From Thermoproteota archaeon (lineage in GTDB: Archaea > Thermoproteota > Thermoprotei_A > Sulfolobales > Ignisphaeraceae), in contig JAUQPB010000001.1 in NCBI GenBank assembly GCA_030550585.1, forward strand, positions 256,001 through 320,000: a stretch of 64,000 nucleotides of DNA. Reading direction: 5' to 3'. Position numbers and translations under genes: made by a program. The notes beneath the pieces are model-generated. The model did no database searches, was not told where the DNA came from, and was given only the letters and a program-made list of their open reading frames with translations. Below are positions 17,740 to 27,808 of the stretch, one piece after another (position 1 is the first letter of the stretch; every line of letters begins with the position of its first letter).

Positions 17740-18978
17740 ATGTGGAACAGAGTTAGTGCTAGGCTTTGTATTGTTTGCAAGGGGCACAAGCTTTTGTGTG
17801 GGTTGTCTAGGTGTCCTCTTCTGTCTGCTTATTCTAAGAGGGTTTCTATTGCAGAGAAGTTGGAGGGTAGTGTGTTGGGTGGGTCTACCCCGCCGACTGC
17901 TGTTGTGGGGGAGTTTGGCTATCCGCATGTCACGGTGTATGTTGGTGTTCCACCAGATGTCTATGGGGATGAGGCCAAGTTTTATGATGACCCCCAGTCG
18001 TGGCATCTTAGGCTTGGTCTAGAGGATATTGTTGAGCTTAGAAGCGGTCTGGCTATGCTCACTTTGCCAAGGGTTTTGGTAACAGATGTTAACAGGCTTT
18101 ACGATAGTGAGATAGGGCTTGCTGTAGTGTCTTCGAGGCCTGTTGATGCCGAGGCTAGGGTTAGGAAGAGGCTTAGCCCTGTTGTCAGCTTCGACTATCT
18201 CCTCCCTCCAATGGGTCCAAAGCTACAGGTGGAGACTATAAACATTGTTGGCTCTGCCAAAATGCCTAGGAAGCTAGAGGAGATTATATTCGACGATGCT
18301 AAGGCTTCAGAGGCTATCGCAGAGCTCTACAGGTCTGGGGTAGAGTTCTACACAATTGTTAGAGCACTGTCAATAGGGTTTCTAGGCAGGAAATCGTCTA
18401 GAAAGTTGGTGCCAACAAGATGGGCTATAACAGCTGTCGACACAGCTATAGGCAATATGCTGCTTGAGCGTATAAGAAGCTGTCAAATGGTGTCCGAGAC
18501 CATGGTGTTTTACTCAGAGTATCTATACAACAAATACATAGTTGTTCTATCGCCAGGGTCATACAAAGCGCAGTGGATAGAGGTCTGGCATCCAAAAGCC
18601 GTCTACAACCCGAGCAATGCAATAGACTATCTAGAGATTAGAGAGGTTGTCCCAGGCAAGTTCACAGACATGGACGGGGGATACATAGCAGCCAGAACAA
18701 GCGTTCTAGAATATCTCCATAAAATTGGCAGACAGGCTAGAGTATCTATCCTAAGAGAGATACTACCACAATATATATACCCCGTTGGAAACTGGCAAAT
18801 AAGACAAACAGTTGCACACGCCTTGAACAAAGGACCAATACTCACAAGCCCCTCAGAACAAGAACTAAGAGAATTCATAGCAAGAAAGACCTCCATACCG
18901 CAGCCAATCATAGAAAAAGCCATAGAATTCATATACGAAAAGAAGACAAAGACCCTCGATACATGGTTCAAACACTAG
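17740..18978 (+). CDS. nreA: DNA repair protein NreA
   Basis: CIVCKG..LCGLSRCP zinc motif, GSTPPTAVVGEFGYP, LVPTRWAITAVD, GGYIAAR, C-terminal PIP box KTLDTWF. Confidence 0.9.
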   Translation: MWNRVSARLCIVCKGHKLLCGLSRCPLLSAYSKRVSIAEKLEGSVLGGSTPPTAVVGEFGYPHVTVYVGVPPDVYGDEAKFYDDPQSWHLRLGLEDIVELRSGLAMLTLPRVLVTDVNRLYDSEIGLAVVSSRPVDAEARVRKRLSPVVSFDYLLPPMGPKLQVETINIVGSAKMPRKLEEIIFDDAKASEAIAELYRSGVEFYTIVRALSIGFLGRKSSRKLVPTRWAITAVDTAIGNMLLERIRSCQMVSETMVFYSEYLYNKYIVVLSPGSYKAQWIEVWHPKAVYNPSNAIDYLEIREVVPGKFTDMDGGYIAARTSVLEYLHKIGRQARVSILREILPQYIYPVGNWQIRQTVAHALNKGPILTSPSEQELREFIARKTSIPQPIIEKAIEFIYEKKTKTLDTWFKH

Positions 18979-19030
18979 GCAACAATTGCCGATGGCAGTC
19001 CTTGGCGACTCCAAGAGTTTTAATGCCTAC

Positions 19031-20059
19031 TCAATTATACATCTCCAATACCTTTCTAACTGCTTCTCTGTGAAGAGGTGTTTGCCAAGCTACATATCTG
19101 CCAATGCCAAGCTCAAGATCCTTCTCAGGCGGTGGGGTGTCCACCCAAAACCATGGATCTCTCTTAGACAGCAGGTATACTATTAAATTCCTCTCAATAA
19201 GTTCATCAACAAGCTCTTGGGGGGTATCCGGCTCCCACAAAACATCGGGATCCTCAACCGCTTTTTCAAGTAACCTCTTCCATTTAGCCACAAAACTAGG
19301 GGTTATGTTTTTTCCCTCAACAATTTTCTCAACAACCTTATCGATAATCCAATTGGCTTTGTATAATTGCTCTAGATATCTTGGGTTTCCTCCTGTCATT
19401 CTCCAAATATATTCGAAGTCCGGTTTTGGATCTGGCAACAGGTTATAGAGCTGTTCAAAGCTGTCCCTCCCCATATTCCACATTGGTTTCAGATCTGCCC
19501 AGTCGTGTTTGCCTATCTCCCTTCTTGAAATGCCCTCGCTAGTAGCAACAACTGACACAATTCTCTCATATTCTCTAGGAGGGTGTTCAAGCAAACCGAG
19601 AAGCCCTTTTACATATGTGGCCGATTTACTTATCCCTATATCCTGAAAAATATCATCTACTAGGATAGCTATTCTTTTTGACCCATGCTCGACTGCTCTT
19701 CTGGCAAAGTCTATTACGCTCCAAGCAATATTTGCAACCATATGCTGTCTGCTAAGCTCCTCAACTAATCTCAGAAAATCCCTCTTTAGATCATGGAGTC
19801 CAAGCTCAACAAGAACATCTCTCTCAACAGGGTTAAAGTATATGACATCAAAGCCCATATCCTTTAAAAGCTCTGCTGATTGTCTAAGCCAAGCAGTTTT
19901 ACCACAACCCTCGGGACCAAAAACAACTTGAACAGGGTAAGTACCCCTTTCAGCCCACTCAAAAACTCTTTTCAAAGCCGACTCCCTATCAACAAAATCG
20001 ATTGTCAAGCCGGCAAAGGGAAGCTTAATCCTCCTCATGACTGCAAAACCGCTTTGCAC
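19031..20059 (-). CDS. Archaeal P-loop ATPase (ATPase_2-like paralog family)
   Basis: FVDRE, GPEGCGKT, ILVDD, TGGNPRYL. Confidence 0.8.
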   Translation of the reverse strand: MQSGFAVMRRIKLPFAGLTIDFVDRESALKRVFEWAERGTYPVQVVFGPEGCGKTAWLRQSAELLKDMGFDVIYFNPVERDVLVELGLHDLKRDFLRLVEELSRQHMVANIAWSVIDFARRAVEHGSKRIAILVDDIFQDIGISKSATYVKGLLGLLEHPPREYERIVSVVATSEGISRREIGKHDWADLKPMWNMGRDSFEQLYNLLPDPKPDFEYIWRMTGGNPRYLEQLYKANWIIDKVVEKIVEGKNITPSFVAKWKRLLEKAVEDPDVLWEPDTPQELVDELIERNLIVYLLSKRDPWFWVDTPPPEKDLELGIGRYVAWQTPLHREAVRKVLEMYN

Positions 20060-20236
20060 TACTCCTATACTCCATAACTTTAAATACTACACAAATTTAT
20101 AAAGTATTTCTATGGGTGCCAAGAGCCTCAAGCTCACGGCTTCTAAGAGTAGCTCAACCTCTTCAAGAAGTTCTTTGAATAAATCAAAAGCCTTCTCACA
20201 ATACTTTATATGCTATAGCTTATTAGCAAATAATAA

Positions 20237-20737
20237 TCATTTAATATGCCCTACATGAACTGTGCTACTAATTTGTAGAATGGCTGGTTGTAGGCCAAGA
20301 AGTTCGAATGATTTTAGGACGTGTTCTATACATTGTGTTTCACTGCAAACGCATTTCAGTAAATGTGAAGGGGTCTTCTTATCTGTTGAACCAAAGCGTG
20401 GAACTGCAACCTGCCAGCATCCTATGTCAATGAGTGTTTCCGCGAATATTCTTTCCACATCATCCAATGTATTGACATAGATCGTCAGAAGGGGTACCAC
20501 CTCCTGCTTCGTGGTTAGGTAGTCTATGTGCCACCAGAGCCTCTTTTTATCTCTTCTAAGATGGTGCTCCAGCCTTGCTCTAATGCCTCCAGGGCCTCTG
20601 GCAGAGCCGACATATCCGTAGAGACCAGAGTCTATGCAAGGTCTGTTGAGAGACTCTATATCTAGGCAGATGCGCTTTGAGACATTGATAACTAGGATGT
20701 AGATTCCAGGGGCACTCAGATCGCTCACTATCCTCAC
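20237..20737 (-). CDS. DUF123 GIY-YIG nuclease family protein
   Basis: GIYILVI...GLYGYVGSA, RLEHH, WWHIDYL, FGSTD..SHL. Confidence 0.85.
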   Translation of the reverse strand: MRIVSDLSAPGIYILVINVSKRICLDIESLNRPCIDSGLYGYVGSARGPGGIRARLEHHLRRDKKRLWWHIDYLTTKQEVVPLLTIYVNTLDDVERIFAETLIDIGCWQVAVPRFGSTDKKTPSHLLKCVCSETQCIEHVLKSFELLGLQPAILQISSTVHVGHIK

Positions 20738-20794
20738 ACCAAAGATTTTGGCAATGTTGAAGCTATATTAGCAGAGAAAATGTTTTATACATAT

Positions 20795-20850
20795 GAGATG
20801 ATGAGTGACTTCAAATCGGATAGGTGAAGAGCTCCATCCCTTACTGAAAA
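20795..20850 (+). ncRNA. C/D-box guide sRNA
   Basis: C ATGATGA (20798), 12-nt guide, D' CGGA, C' GTGAAGA, 13-nt guide, D CTGA (20844). Confidence 0.65.
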
Positions 20851-20882
20851 ACTTTTATACTCTGAAAACAATAATTATGGTT

Positions 20883-20952
20883 GCCCCGGTTGCCCGTGCA
20901 AAGCCCCCGATGTCCCGGGGATGTGATGCGCACGGAGCGGGTCACCCCCGGC
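20883..20952 (+). ncRNA. Unassigned GC-rich structured RNA candidate
   Basis: About three-quarters GC in an AT-rich intergenic gap; nested stems; BRE/TATA-like AAAAACTTTTATA ~25 nt upstream. Confidence 0.45.
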
Positions 20953-20980
20953 ATTCTACCCACAAAACTACTGCTCTAGC

Positions 20981-21808
20981 TCATGCCACTGCTTTGCATA
21001 TTCTGATAGCATCTCTTTTTCCAATTCCAAGAACGTTCTTCGCAGATCCTTTGTTCACCGCCAGTTCGGCTAGATGAAAACTGTTTTCATATAGCACAAT
21101 CTCACCCTCTTTAACTACGGAAAACACTTTCTCTACCCTAGCCTCAAATCTCCTATTACCTATGAAAATCGATACCGTGTCCCCCAAGCTTAGGCCAAGA
21201 GCCTTAGACAAGTCGTCGAAGAATGCTGACAGCATTACATTGCCAAACTTGTCTATGTATATCGCCTCCAATTCCAGGCATCTCTCATCCATTTTCTTTA
21301 TTTTCATTGCTATTCCAGGTTCTTTTAAGCTATCAACCGGTTGTGGAGAGCCAAAAGAATTTGGAGGTGTGCCGCATGCTAACCATGAGGCAACGGGTGT
21401 GAATATGTCTCTTCCGTGGAATGAACTTGAAACAGGTTTTCTGAAATACAAATCGTTTTCAAGAGCAAAGACAGCCTCTATACCATCATCTCTAGCCGCT
21501 AGAACTAAAACGCCGTTGTCTGGGCCAATAAAGTAGTAGTTTCTGGTTACTATGAGTAGAGGTCTTCTGGGGCTACCAACACCCGGATCTACAACAACGA
21601 CAAATATCGTTCCAGCTGGGTAATACTTGTACGCCATAAAGAGGGTTAGAGCGGCATGGTCTATGTCAAAGCTCGGAATAGAGTGTGTTATATCAACAAC
21701 TCTTACATGGGGGCAGATATCTAGGGCAACGCCCTTCATAGCAGCTACATATGGATCCTCGTATCCGAAGTCTGTCATCAAGGCTATTACTCCACATGAC
21801 CTCCTCAA
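20981..21808 (-). CDS. SAM hydroxide adenosyltransferase (DUF62, chlorinase/fluorinase family)
   Basis: LMTDFG.EDPYVAAMKGV, VVDPGVGS.RR, GPDNG, SSSFHGRDIF, IDKFGN. Confidence 0.9.
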   Translation of the reverse strand: MRRSCGVIALMTDFGYEDPYVAAMKGVALDICPHVRVVDITHSIPSFDIDHAALTLFMAYKYYPAGTIFVVVVDPGVGSPRRPLLIVTRNYYFIGPDNGVLVLAARDDGIEAVFALENDLYFRKPVSSSFHGRDIFTPVASWLACGTPPNSFGSPQPVDSLKEPGIAMKIKKMDERCLELEAIYIDKFGNVMLSAFFDDLSKALGLSLGDTVSIFIGNRRFEARVEKVFSVVKEGEIVLYENSFHLAELAVNKGSAKNVLGIGKRDAIRICKAVA

Positions 21809-21810
21809 CT

Positions 21811-22404
21811 TTATGCACCAACAAAGAGCTCTCTTTCAAGCCCCTCTATAAGCGCTGCTATAAACAATATTGCCATGGATACGGCTACTAGGAAGAGGTA
21901 GTACTTAACCCTCTCCTTATCAATATTTCTCTTGAACATGTATATCATTAGCTTTGACGAGGCTACAAACGTTATTGAATAAGATAAAAACTCGATGTAT
22001 GTATGAGGAGAAATAAGAAGTATTGCAAGGGCTGTAGCAAGAGCTGTAAAGAGATCTACACCACCAATGCCCACAGTGGTTAGTTGCATCTCCACAGCTA
22101 TTCTAAGAGCCCATGCAGTTGATAGCAACATCATAGGATATACAATAATGTTTAGAACAGGTATAGCAAGCATGACATTAACTTGTGCATTGTTACTAAA
22201 TATAGCTAATGTGATTTCCCCCAAGCTACTAATATTGGCTATGCCCTCCATCCTCTTTATCTCATCCCTTAGCGCATCTACAAGCTGTGGAGGAACATCT
22301 ATGAAGAGGACAGCTATAGAGAAGAAGATTATTGTGGCCACCAAAACCGCTCCAATTATAGGCAAGTCATTTGCAAAATAACTTAAAATACCCATGCCAC
22401 ACAC
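21811..22404 (-). CDS. SpoIIM/DUF95-like membrane protein
   Basis: IFSNN, PHTYIEF, AALIEG motifs; hydrophobic. Confidence 0.7.
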   Translation of the reverse strand: MCGMGILSYFANDLPIIGAVLVATIIFFSIAVLFIDVPPQLVDALRDEIKRMEGIANISSLGEITLAIFSNNAQVNVMLAIPVLNIIVYPMMLLSTAWALRIAVEMQLTTVGIGGVDLFTALATALAILLISPHTYIEFLSYSITFVASSKLMIYMFKRNIDKERVKYYLFLVAVSMAILFIAALIEGLERELFVGA

Positions 22405-22445
22405 TCATTGACTGTTAAAAGCATTCAAAAGGTTTATATACTATC

Positions 22446-22781
22446 ATGGCTTGCTCATACAAAGAAAAGATGAGGATATTCAAGGACTTTTGCCTTAAAA
22501 ACCTTGATAAGATTGGTATCGGCGAAAAGGCATTTTACTATATATGGAGATATATAGTGATAGAACTTGACAAACTAATACAGATATGCAAAATCGAAGA
22601 TGATATAGCTGATAATTGCGGTAGAGAAAATTTAGCGAAGTTGCACAACGCAGGTAACAAACTCTTGTACGCTCAATACTCCTCTGTAAGCAATAAGGAG
22701 GTCATTGAAATTCTCCAAACTATTTGTAGATGTGTTGAAGAGTCTTGGCATAGGATAGAAGGTAAGTTAGAGATGTGCTAA
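22446..22781 (+). CDS. Hypothetical protein
   Basis: 111-aa ORF with a TTTATATA box upstream. Confidence 0.5.
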   Translation: MACSYKEKMRIFKDFCLKNLDKIGIGEKAFYYIWRYIVIELDKLIQICKIEDDIADNCGRENLAKLHNAGNKLLYAQYSSVSNKEVIEILQTICRCVEESWHRIEGKLEMC

Positions 22782-23185
22782 CTTTTCTTTCTAAATCTTG
22801 TCTGGCCTATCTCAATAGCCTTTGCAATGTCGCCACCAGCCTCAACAAGGAGTTTCCTAGCCTCCTCAGCCCCGATGCCAAGGTACTCAGCAACAAATTG
22901 AACATCTTCGCTCGAAATATTTACTATAGCTTGCTGGCTTGTGCCCTGGCCCATTACCTGGTTTGCTACTTGTGGCAATTGCTCCTCCCTAGCCTTGCCA
23001 GCTATGTAAAACATTTTCTGCCCGCTAAACTCCATTACCATAACCTCTGGATCTTCTATAACAATCCTCTTATCCTGCAACTCTATAACAGCTCTTTGAG
23101 CATTTTGTAACTGGTCTATCTTTATACCCATTCTCTTGAGTTGCCTCAACTGCTTTTGGAGCTCCCTTGGATTGACTGGAAACAT
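22778..23185 (-). CDS. nac: Nascent polypeptide-associated complex protein
   Basis: NPRELQKQLRQLKRMGI, C-terminal UBA-like EDVQFVAE...GDIAKAI. Start moved to MFPVN. Confidence 0.9.
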   Translation of the reverse strand: MFPVNPRELQKQLRQLKRMGIKIDQLQNAQRAVIELQDKRIVIEDPEVMVMEFSGQKMFYIAGKAREEQLPQVANQVMGQGTSQQAIVNISSEDVQFVAEYLGIGAEEARKLLVEAGGDIAKAIEIGQTRFRKKS

Positions 23186-23284
23186 TTTTCTCTCCTCATA
23201 ATACTTAAATATTGTGAGAGTAAAATAACTTTGTTTAACTGCTTTAGCCACATCTAAATCTACTGTGATGGCGGTAAGAACATC

Positions 23285-24565
23285 ATGAGGCTAGAGCTAC
23301 TGGTACTTGGGAGTGGTAGAGAGGTTGGCAGAGCTGCTATAGCTATTAAAAGAGATTCTGACAATCAGTATCTTCTCTTTGACTATGGAATAAACTTTGA
23401 TTTGGATGACAAGCCGGTTATGCCCCTGCCCATACAGCCAAATAAAATCAGGGCTATATTTATTTCGCATGCCCACCTAGACCATGTTGGCGCTGCACCA
23501 ATATTCTATGTATCGTCGACTCCCGCTATCTACTCAACTCTTTTAACAGCTCTACTAAGCAAAATAATGATTGCTGATATGCTTAGGCTCTCTGGATATT
23601 ATTTACCATTTGAGTATCTAGAGCTAGATACAATGATAAACAACATAAAAAACATTTCCTATGGCGATACCATAGAGATAGACAGCGCCTTGGTCAAGGT
23701 CTTTAATGCTGGTCACATCCCTGGAAGTGCAATGTTTAGGGTAGAGTTCAAAGACGGGGGCTCGGTGCTGTATACAGGAGATGTTAATACAATTGACACT
23801 AGAGTGACCAAAGGTGCTCAGCTAAGTGGTTTAGAAGCTGATCTACTTATCATGGAGTCTACTTATGGTCTATACGACCATCCTTCTAGGAACAGAGTAG
23901 AGGAGCTATTCATAGAGACTGTGAAAAGCGTTGTTGAAGATGGTGGGATAGTGCTCATACCGGCATTCTCGCTTGGCAGAGCACAAGAGATTCTGGCTAT
24001 TCTTGCAGATAGGATGCCACATTCAAATGTTTACTATGATGGGATGGCAAGAGATATTCTAGAGCTGTTTCTGCAATTCAAAGAGTATGTGAATCAGTAT
24101 CAACTCCTAGAAAAAGCTATGAGAATATTCACAGCTGTTAAAGGTTCTGATATGAGGAAGCAGATATGCAAAGAGAATGGCAGCATAATTGTAACGCCAG
24201 CGGGGATGCTAAAGGGTGGCCCGGCACAATACTATGTTAAGAGGCTTTACAGCAATCCGAAGAACGCCATAATTCTTGTTAGCTACCAAGCACCACAAAC
24301 ACCTGGCAGAAAACTTTTGACGGAAGGTGTTCTCGAGGATGGGGGTCCGAGGGTAAAGGCAAAGGTATTCTGGTTTGATTTCTCAAGCCATGCTGGGTCA
24401 TCTAATCTAGTTGAGATTGTCAAGAGCATCAAGAACTTGAAGAAGGTTGTTCTGGTACATGGAGGAGAAGACTCTGCTTACACACTTGGCTATAAAATAA
24501 AGGAGGCTACTGGAATAGATTTTGAGGTGCCTAAAACAGGTGATAACCTAGTGCTCGAGTTCTAA
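23285..24565 (+). CDS. Beta-CASP metallo-beta-lactamase ribonuclease (aCPSF2-type)
   Basis: GSGREVGR, SHAHLDH, AGHIPGS, YTGD, MESTYG, FSSHA, LVHG. Confidence 0.9.
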   Translation: MRLELLVLGSGREVGRAAIAIKRDSDNQYLLFDYGINFDLDDKPVMPLPIQPNKIRAIFISHAHLDHVGAAPIFYVSSTPAIYSTLLTALLSKIMIADMLRLSGYYLPFEYLELDTMINNIKNISYGDTIEIDSALVKVFNAGHIPGSAMFRVEFKDGGSVLYTGDVNTIDTRVTKGAQLSGLEADLLIMESTYGLYDHPSRNRVEELFIETVKSVVEDGGIVLIPAFSLGRAQEILAILADRMPHSNVYYDGMARDILELFLQFKEYVNQYQLLEKAMRIFTAVKGSDMRKQICKENGSIIVTPAGMLKGGPAQYYVKRLYSNPKNAIILVSYQAPQTPGRKLLTEGVLEDGGPRVKAKVFWFDFSSHAGSSNLVEIVKSIKNLKKVVLVHGGEDSAYTLGYKIKEATGIDFEVPKTGDNLVLEF

Positions 24566-24568
24566 ATG

Positions 24569-25432
24569 CTATACAACAACATATTCTAGACCATGGCTCT
24601 TGGCAGCAGCTATGATGGCGTTCTTCATCTCACTCCTCATCTTCTCGATAACAACAAGCTGTGCATTAGGCGTCATCTCAATAGCCATTTCTGCAACGAG
24701 TTTCAAGTCTTCTACACTAAGCTCCTTTATAGCATAATTTGGAATCATATGCCCATAACACTCGCCTTTTTCCAACGCTCTTCTGGTAAATAGTGGTGCA
24801 TAGTGAGAGCCTCCAAATCCTATGGCTATTCTACATGGGGGCTTATCCTTTAAGGAATAGAACACCTTAATATTATTTCCAATAGCTTTTGCAACAACCT
24901 CCTGCGCCACAACATCTCTCCATTCATTCTCGCTACTGCCAATCTCAACAAACGTTATTGGTGTGCCTCTAACTGTTGGACCATGGTGTGTAACCTCATA
25001 GCTTACCGAGAACTTTGAGAGTGTGTTGTGGCTGTTCTTAGCTTTGTAGAGATCTTGTAGTATAAGCCACATTAGAACTGGGTTGGAAAGCGATAGCGTC
25101 ATTGGCTCACCGCCAAAATCGCTTCTCCTCCAGGGGTTTCCCGTCACATGGACAGTCAGACTTGGGATCCTGGCCTCCGATTGATGACGTGATGGAGCAA
25201 TAAACATGTCGAAGCCTTTTAGACTCTCTAGACTATTTAGGTATACTATCTCATCATCGAAACCTAGGAAGAGAGCTTCAACATTGCCTAAAACACATTG
25301 CTTAGACACTTTGGCTCCATATACCCCTCCACCAAGATCGGTACACATAGCATTTTCAATAAGCTTCTCTACTATACCGATAGCTGCTAAATCGCTGAGC
25401 GAATATATTATAGCTATTTTCATTAGCCACAC
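24569..25432 (-). CDS. dtdA: D-aminoacyl-tRNA deacylase (DTD2)
   Basis: SRH.S, LTVHVTGN, EVTHHGP, FVEIGS, GFGGSHYAP. Confidence 0.9.
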   Translation of the reverse strand: MWLMKIAIIYSLSDLAAIGIVEKLIENAMCTDLGGGVYGAKVSKQCVLGNVEALFLGFDDEIVYLNSLESLKGFDMFIAPSRHQSEARIPSLTVHVTGNPWRRSDFGGEPMTLSLSNPVLMWLILQDLYKAKNSHNTLSKFSVSYEVTHHGPTVRGTPITFVEIGSSENEWRDVVAQEVVAKAIGNNIKVFYSLKDKPPCRIAIGFGGSHYAPLFTRRALEKGECYGHMIPNYAIKELSVEDLKLVAEMAIEMTPNAQLVVIEKMRSEMKNAIIAAAKSHGLEYVVV

Positions 25433-25521
25433 ACTCTATAGACAAATAGACATAGGTTTAAAAACTGATAGACTACTGTGTAAAACCTCTTGATCAGTGC
25501 TTTGAGGCTGATGCCTACTCT

Positions 25522-26160
25522 ATGAACTATCAGGACATTGTCAGCGACTCTCTATCGATTTTATTGCGCTATGCATCAAAACTTGGAATACCGCCTGAGA
25601 GTGCCTATGTTGCAAAGGCTATGAGGATGCTTAGAGATAAGGGAGTTTCTCTAACCCATCTACTGGCCGAGATTCTGCTATGCAAATATCTTGTTGAAAA
25701 GGGTTTCTCATGTGACATAGAGTCTACTGTAGGTGATATGAAGTGCGATGTTTATGCCAAGAAAGACTCTGTTGACATATGCATAGAAATAATGTATTAT
25801 ACACTACCCCTAGATAGTATTGGTGAGTGGAGTAAATCAATAGTCTCTTCGCATATCAGAAAAATTATTAAGATATCGAGGAATAGAATAGCATTTGCAG
25901 CATTTGCATATCCAATTGGTCTTGTACCCATGATACCGCCGGAGGTAATAGATTCCCCGACAAAAGATGCTGTCAATAGGATTCTAACCAAATATGGTCT
26001 ATATGATGAAGCGCCAAATGCAAAAGACCTAGACTTTATCTCACCAATATACAAGATATATCTATTCGATTTACATACAAGAGAAGTGTATGAGCTTCTG
26101 CCAACGGCAGCAAAAAATCTTCTTTTATTCTACGAGTCTATAACCGGGTTCAGTATTTGA
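25522..26160 (+). CDS. Hypothetical protein with a PD-(D/E)XK-like core
   Basis: GFSCDIE...CDVYAKK...IEI. Confidence 0.55.
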   Translation: MNYQDIVSDSLSILLRYASKLGIPPESAYVAKAMRMLRDKGVSLTHLLAEILLCKYLVEKGFSCDIESTVGDMKCDVYAKKDSVDICIEIMYYTLPLDSIGEWSKSIVSSHIRKIIKISRNRIAFAAFAYPIGLVPMIPPEVIDSPTKDAVNRILTKYGLYDEAPNAKDLDFISPIYKIYLFDLHTREVYELLPTAAKNLLLFYESITGFSI

Positions 26161-27808
26161 ATATAGCACCTGTATTTGCCGAGGTTACAAGCATTGAATA
26201 TCTTGATAGATAGCCACTAAGCTTCTTCTCTATGGGTCTAAATCTGGATAGTCTTTCTCTAAGCTCATCCTCTGTTATCAACAAATCTATTCTTTTGTTC
26301 TTCAAATCAATTCTTATCCTATCCCCATTCTCAACAACTCCTATGGGCCCACCCTCAGCTGCTTCTGGAGACACATGTCCGACTGCAATACCTCTTGTAG
26401 CGCCAGAGAATCTTCCATCAGTAACGAGAGCTACATCCCTGTCGAGGCCCATTCCAACAAGTACAGATGTTGCTGTTAGCATTTCTCTCATTCCAGGCCC
26501 TCCCTTTGGACCCTCATATCTGATCACAACAACATCTCCTTTAGATATATCACCATTCAATATAGCTTTAACAGCATCCTCTTCACAGTTAAACACCTTT
26601 GCAGTACCTTCAAAGAGGTAAAGATCTTCTGGCACTGCAGAGATCTTTATCACAGCACCCTTCGGCGCTAAACTGCCCTTCAATATCATTATCCCTCCTC
26701 TACTCATATACGGATTCTCAACAGGTCTCACAACATCTTCTCTTCTGTTGATGGCAGATGCTATTATTTCTCTAACCGTTTTTAAGGAAACTGTTAATCT
26801 ATCTAGGTGTATGAGACCCTTCTTGGAAAGCTCCTTCATAACTACTGGAACTCCCCCAGCCTCGTGAAGATCTTGTACATGATATGGCCCTGCAGGACTT
26901 AGCTTGGCAATTGTTGGTGTTTTCTCGCTAATCTCATCAAAGTCCTCTAAAGATAGTTCAACCCCTGCCTCATTCGCTATGGCTGTTAAATGTAGTACAG
27001 TGTTTGTTGAGCCTCCGAGAGCCATGTCAACTGCTATAGCGTCTAAGAATGCCTCTCTAGTCAATATCCTCCTCGCTGTTACCCCTCTCTTGACTAGCTC
27101 TACAATCATCATCCCAGTATATTTAGCTATTCTAATTCTCTCTGCCGAAACAGCGGGTGCTGTTCCGTTCCCTGGTAGAGATATTCCCATAGCCTCTGAG
27201 AGAATATTCAAAGTGTTTGCCGTGAACATTCCAGCACAAGATCCTACCCCAGGACATGCAACATTCTCCAACTCGATAAGATCGTTATACGAGATTTTAC
27301 CGCTTTTATAAGAGCCAACAGCTTCAAATACATCATGCAAATCGACATCTCTACCCCTATATCTTCCAGCAAGCATAGGGCCTCCGGAAATGAATATAGC
27401 CGGTATGTCAAGTCTGGCTGCAGCCATTAGCATACCGGGTATAATCTTGTCGCATGAAGCTATCAAGACAAGGCCATCGAATTGGTAAGCCTTTGCCATA
27501 ATCTCAACAGAATCGGCTATAAGTTCTCTGGATGGGAGAGAATACTTCATACCTTCATGTCCCATTGCAATACCGTCACAAAGTCCAATAGTATTGAATT
27601 CCAGGGGGGTTCCACCAGCGATCCTAACACCAATTTTTACAGCTTCTGCTATCTCCCTCAAGTGCTTGTGGCCCGGTATCACCTCATTCCAAGAGTTTGC
27701 AATGCCTATGATAGGTTTGGAAAGCTCCTCGTCTGTTAGCCCAAGAGCCTTGTATAAACATCTATGTGGCGTTCTTTCAATGCCTTCAACAGTTATCCTA
27801 CTTCTCAT
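26150..27808 (-). CDS. ilvD: Dihydroxy-acid dehydratase
   Basis: CDGIAMGH, SCDKIIPG, CAGMFTANT, GGSTN, GPKGGPGMREM, TDGRFSG. Confidence 0.95.
   Translation of the reverse strand: MRSRITVEGIERTPHRCLYKALGLTDEELSKPIIGIANSWNEVIPGHKHLREIAEAVKIGVRIAGGTPLEFNTIGLCDGIAMGHEGMKYSLPSRELIADSVEIMAKAYQFDGLVLIASCDKIIPGMLMAAARLDIPAIFISGGPMLAGRYRGRDVDLHDVFEAVGSYKSGKISYNDLIELENVACPGVGSCAGMFTANTLNILSEAMGISLPGNGTAPAVSAERIRIAKYTGMMIVELVKRGVTARRILTREAFLDAIAVDMALGGSTNTVLHLTAIANEAGVELSLEDFDEISEKTPTIAKLSPAGPYHVQDLHEAGGVPVVMKELSKKGLIHLDRLTVSLKTVREIIASAINRREDVVRPVENPYMSRGGIMILKGSLAPKGAVIKISAVPEDLYLFEGTAKVFNCEEDAVKAILNGDISKGDVVVIRYEGPKGGPGMREMLTATSVLVGMGLDRDVALVTDGRFSGATRGIAVGHVSPEAAEGGPIGVVENGDRIRIDLKNKRIDLLITEDELRERLSRFRPIEKKLSGYLSRYSMLVTSANTGAIFKY

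Noticed and set aside
20883-20952. Fluoride riboswitch, RNase P fragment or tRNA half
   Set aside because: Lacks the GGCGAUGG...UGAUG fluoride core, RNase P CR-I, and T/D arms; kept only as an unassigned RNA.
22775-23110. Antisense or shadow ORFs in the track (e.g. 22775-23110, 17367-17720, 17722-18006, 45465-46025, 59443-59661)
   Set aside because: They lie opposite or inside well-supported genes or tRNAs, or lack any motif, and show the Ser/Leu/Phe bias of antisense frames.
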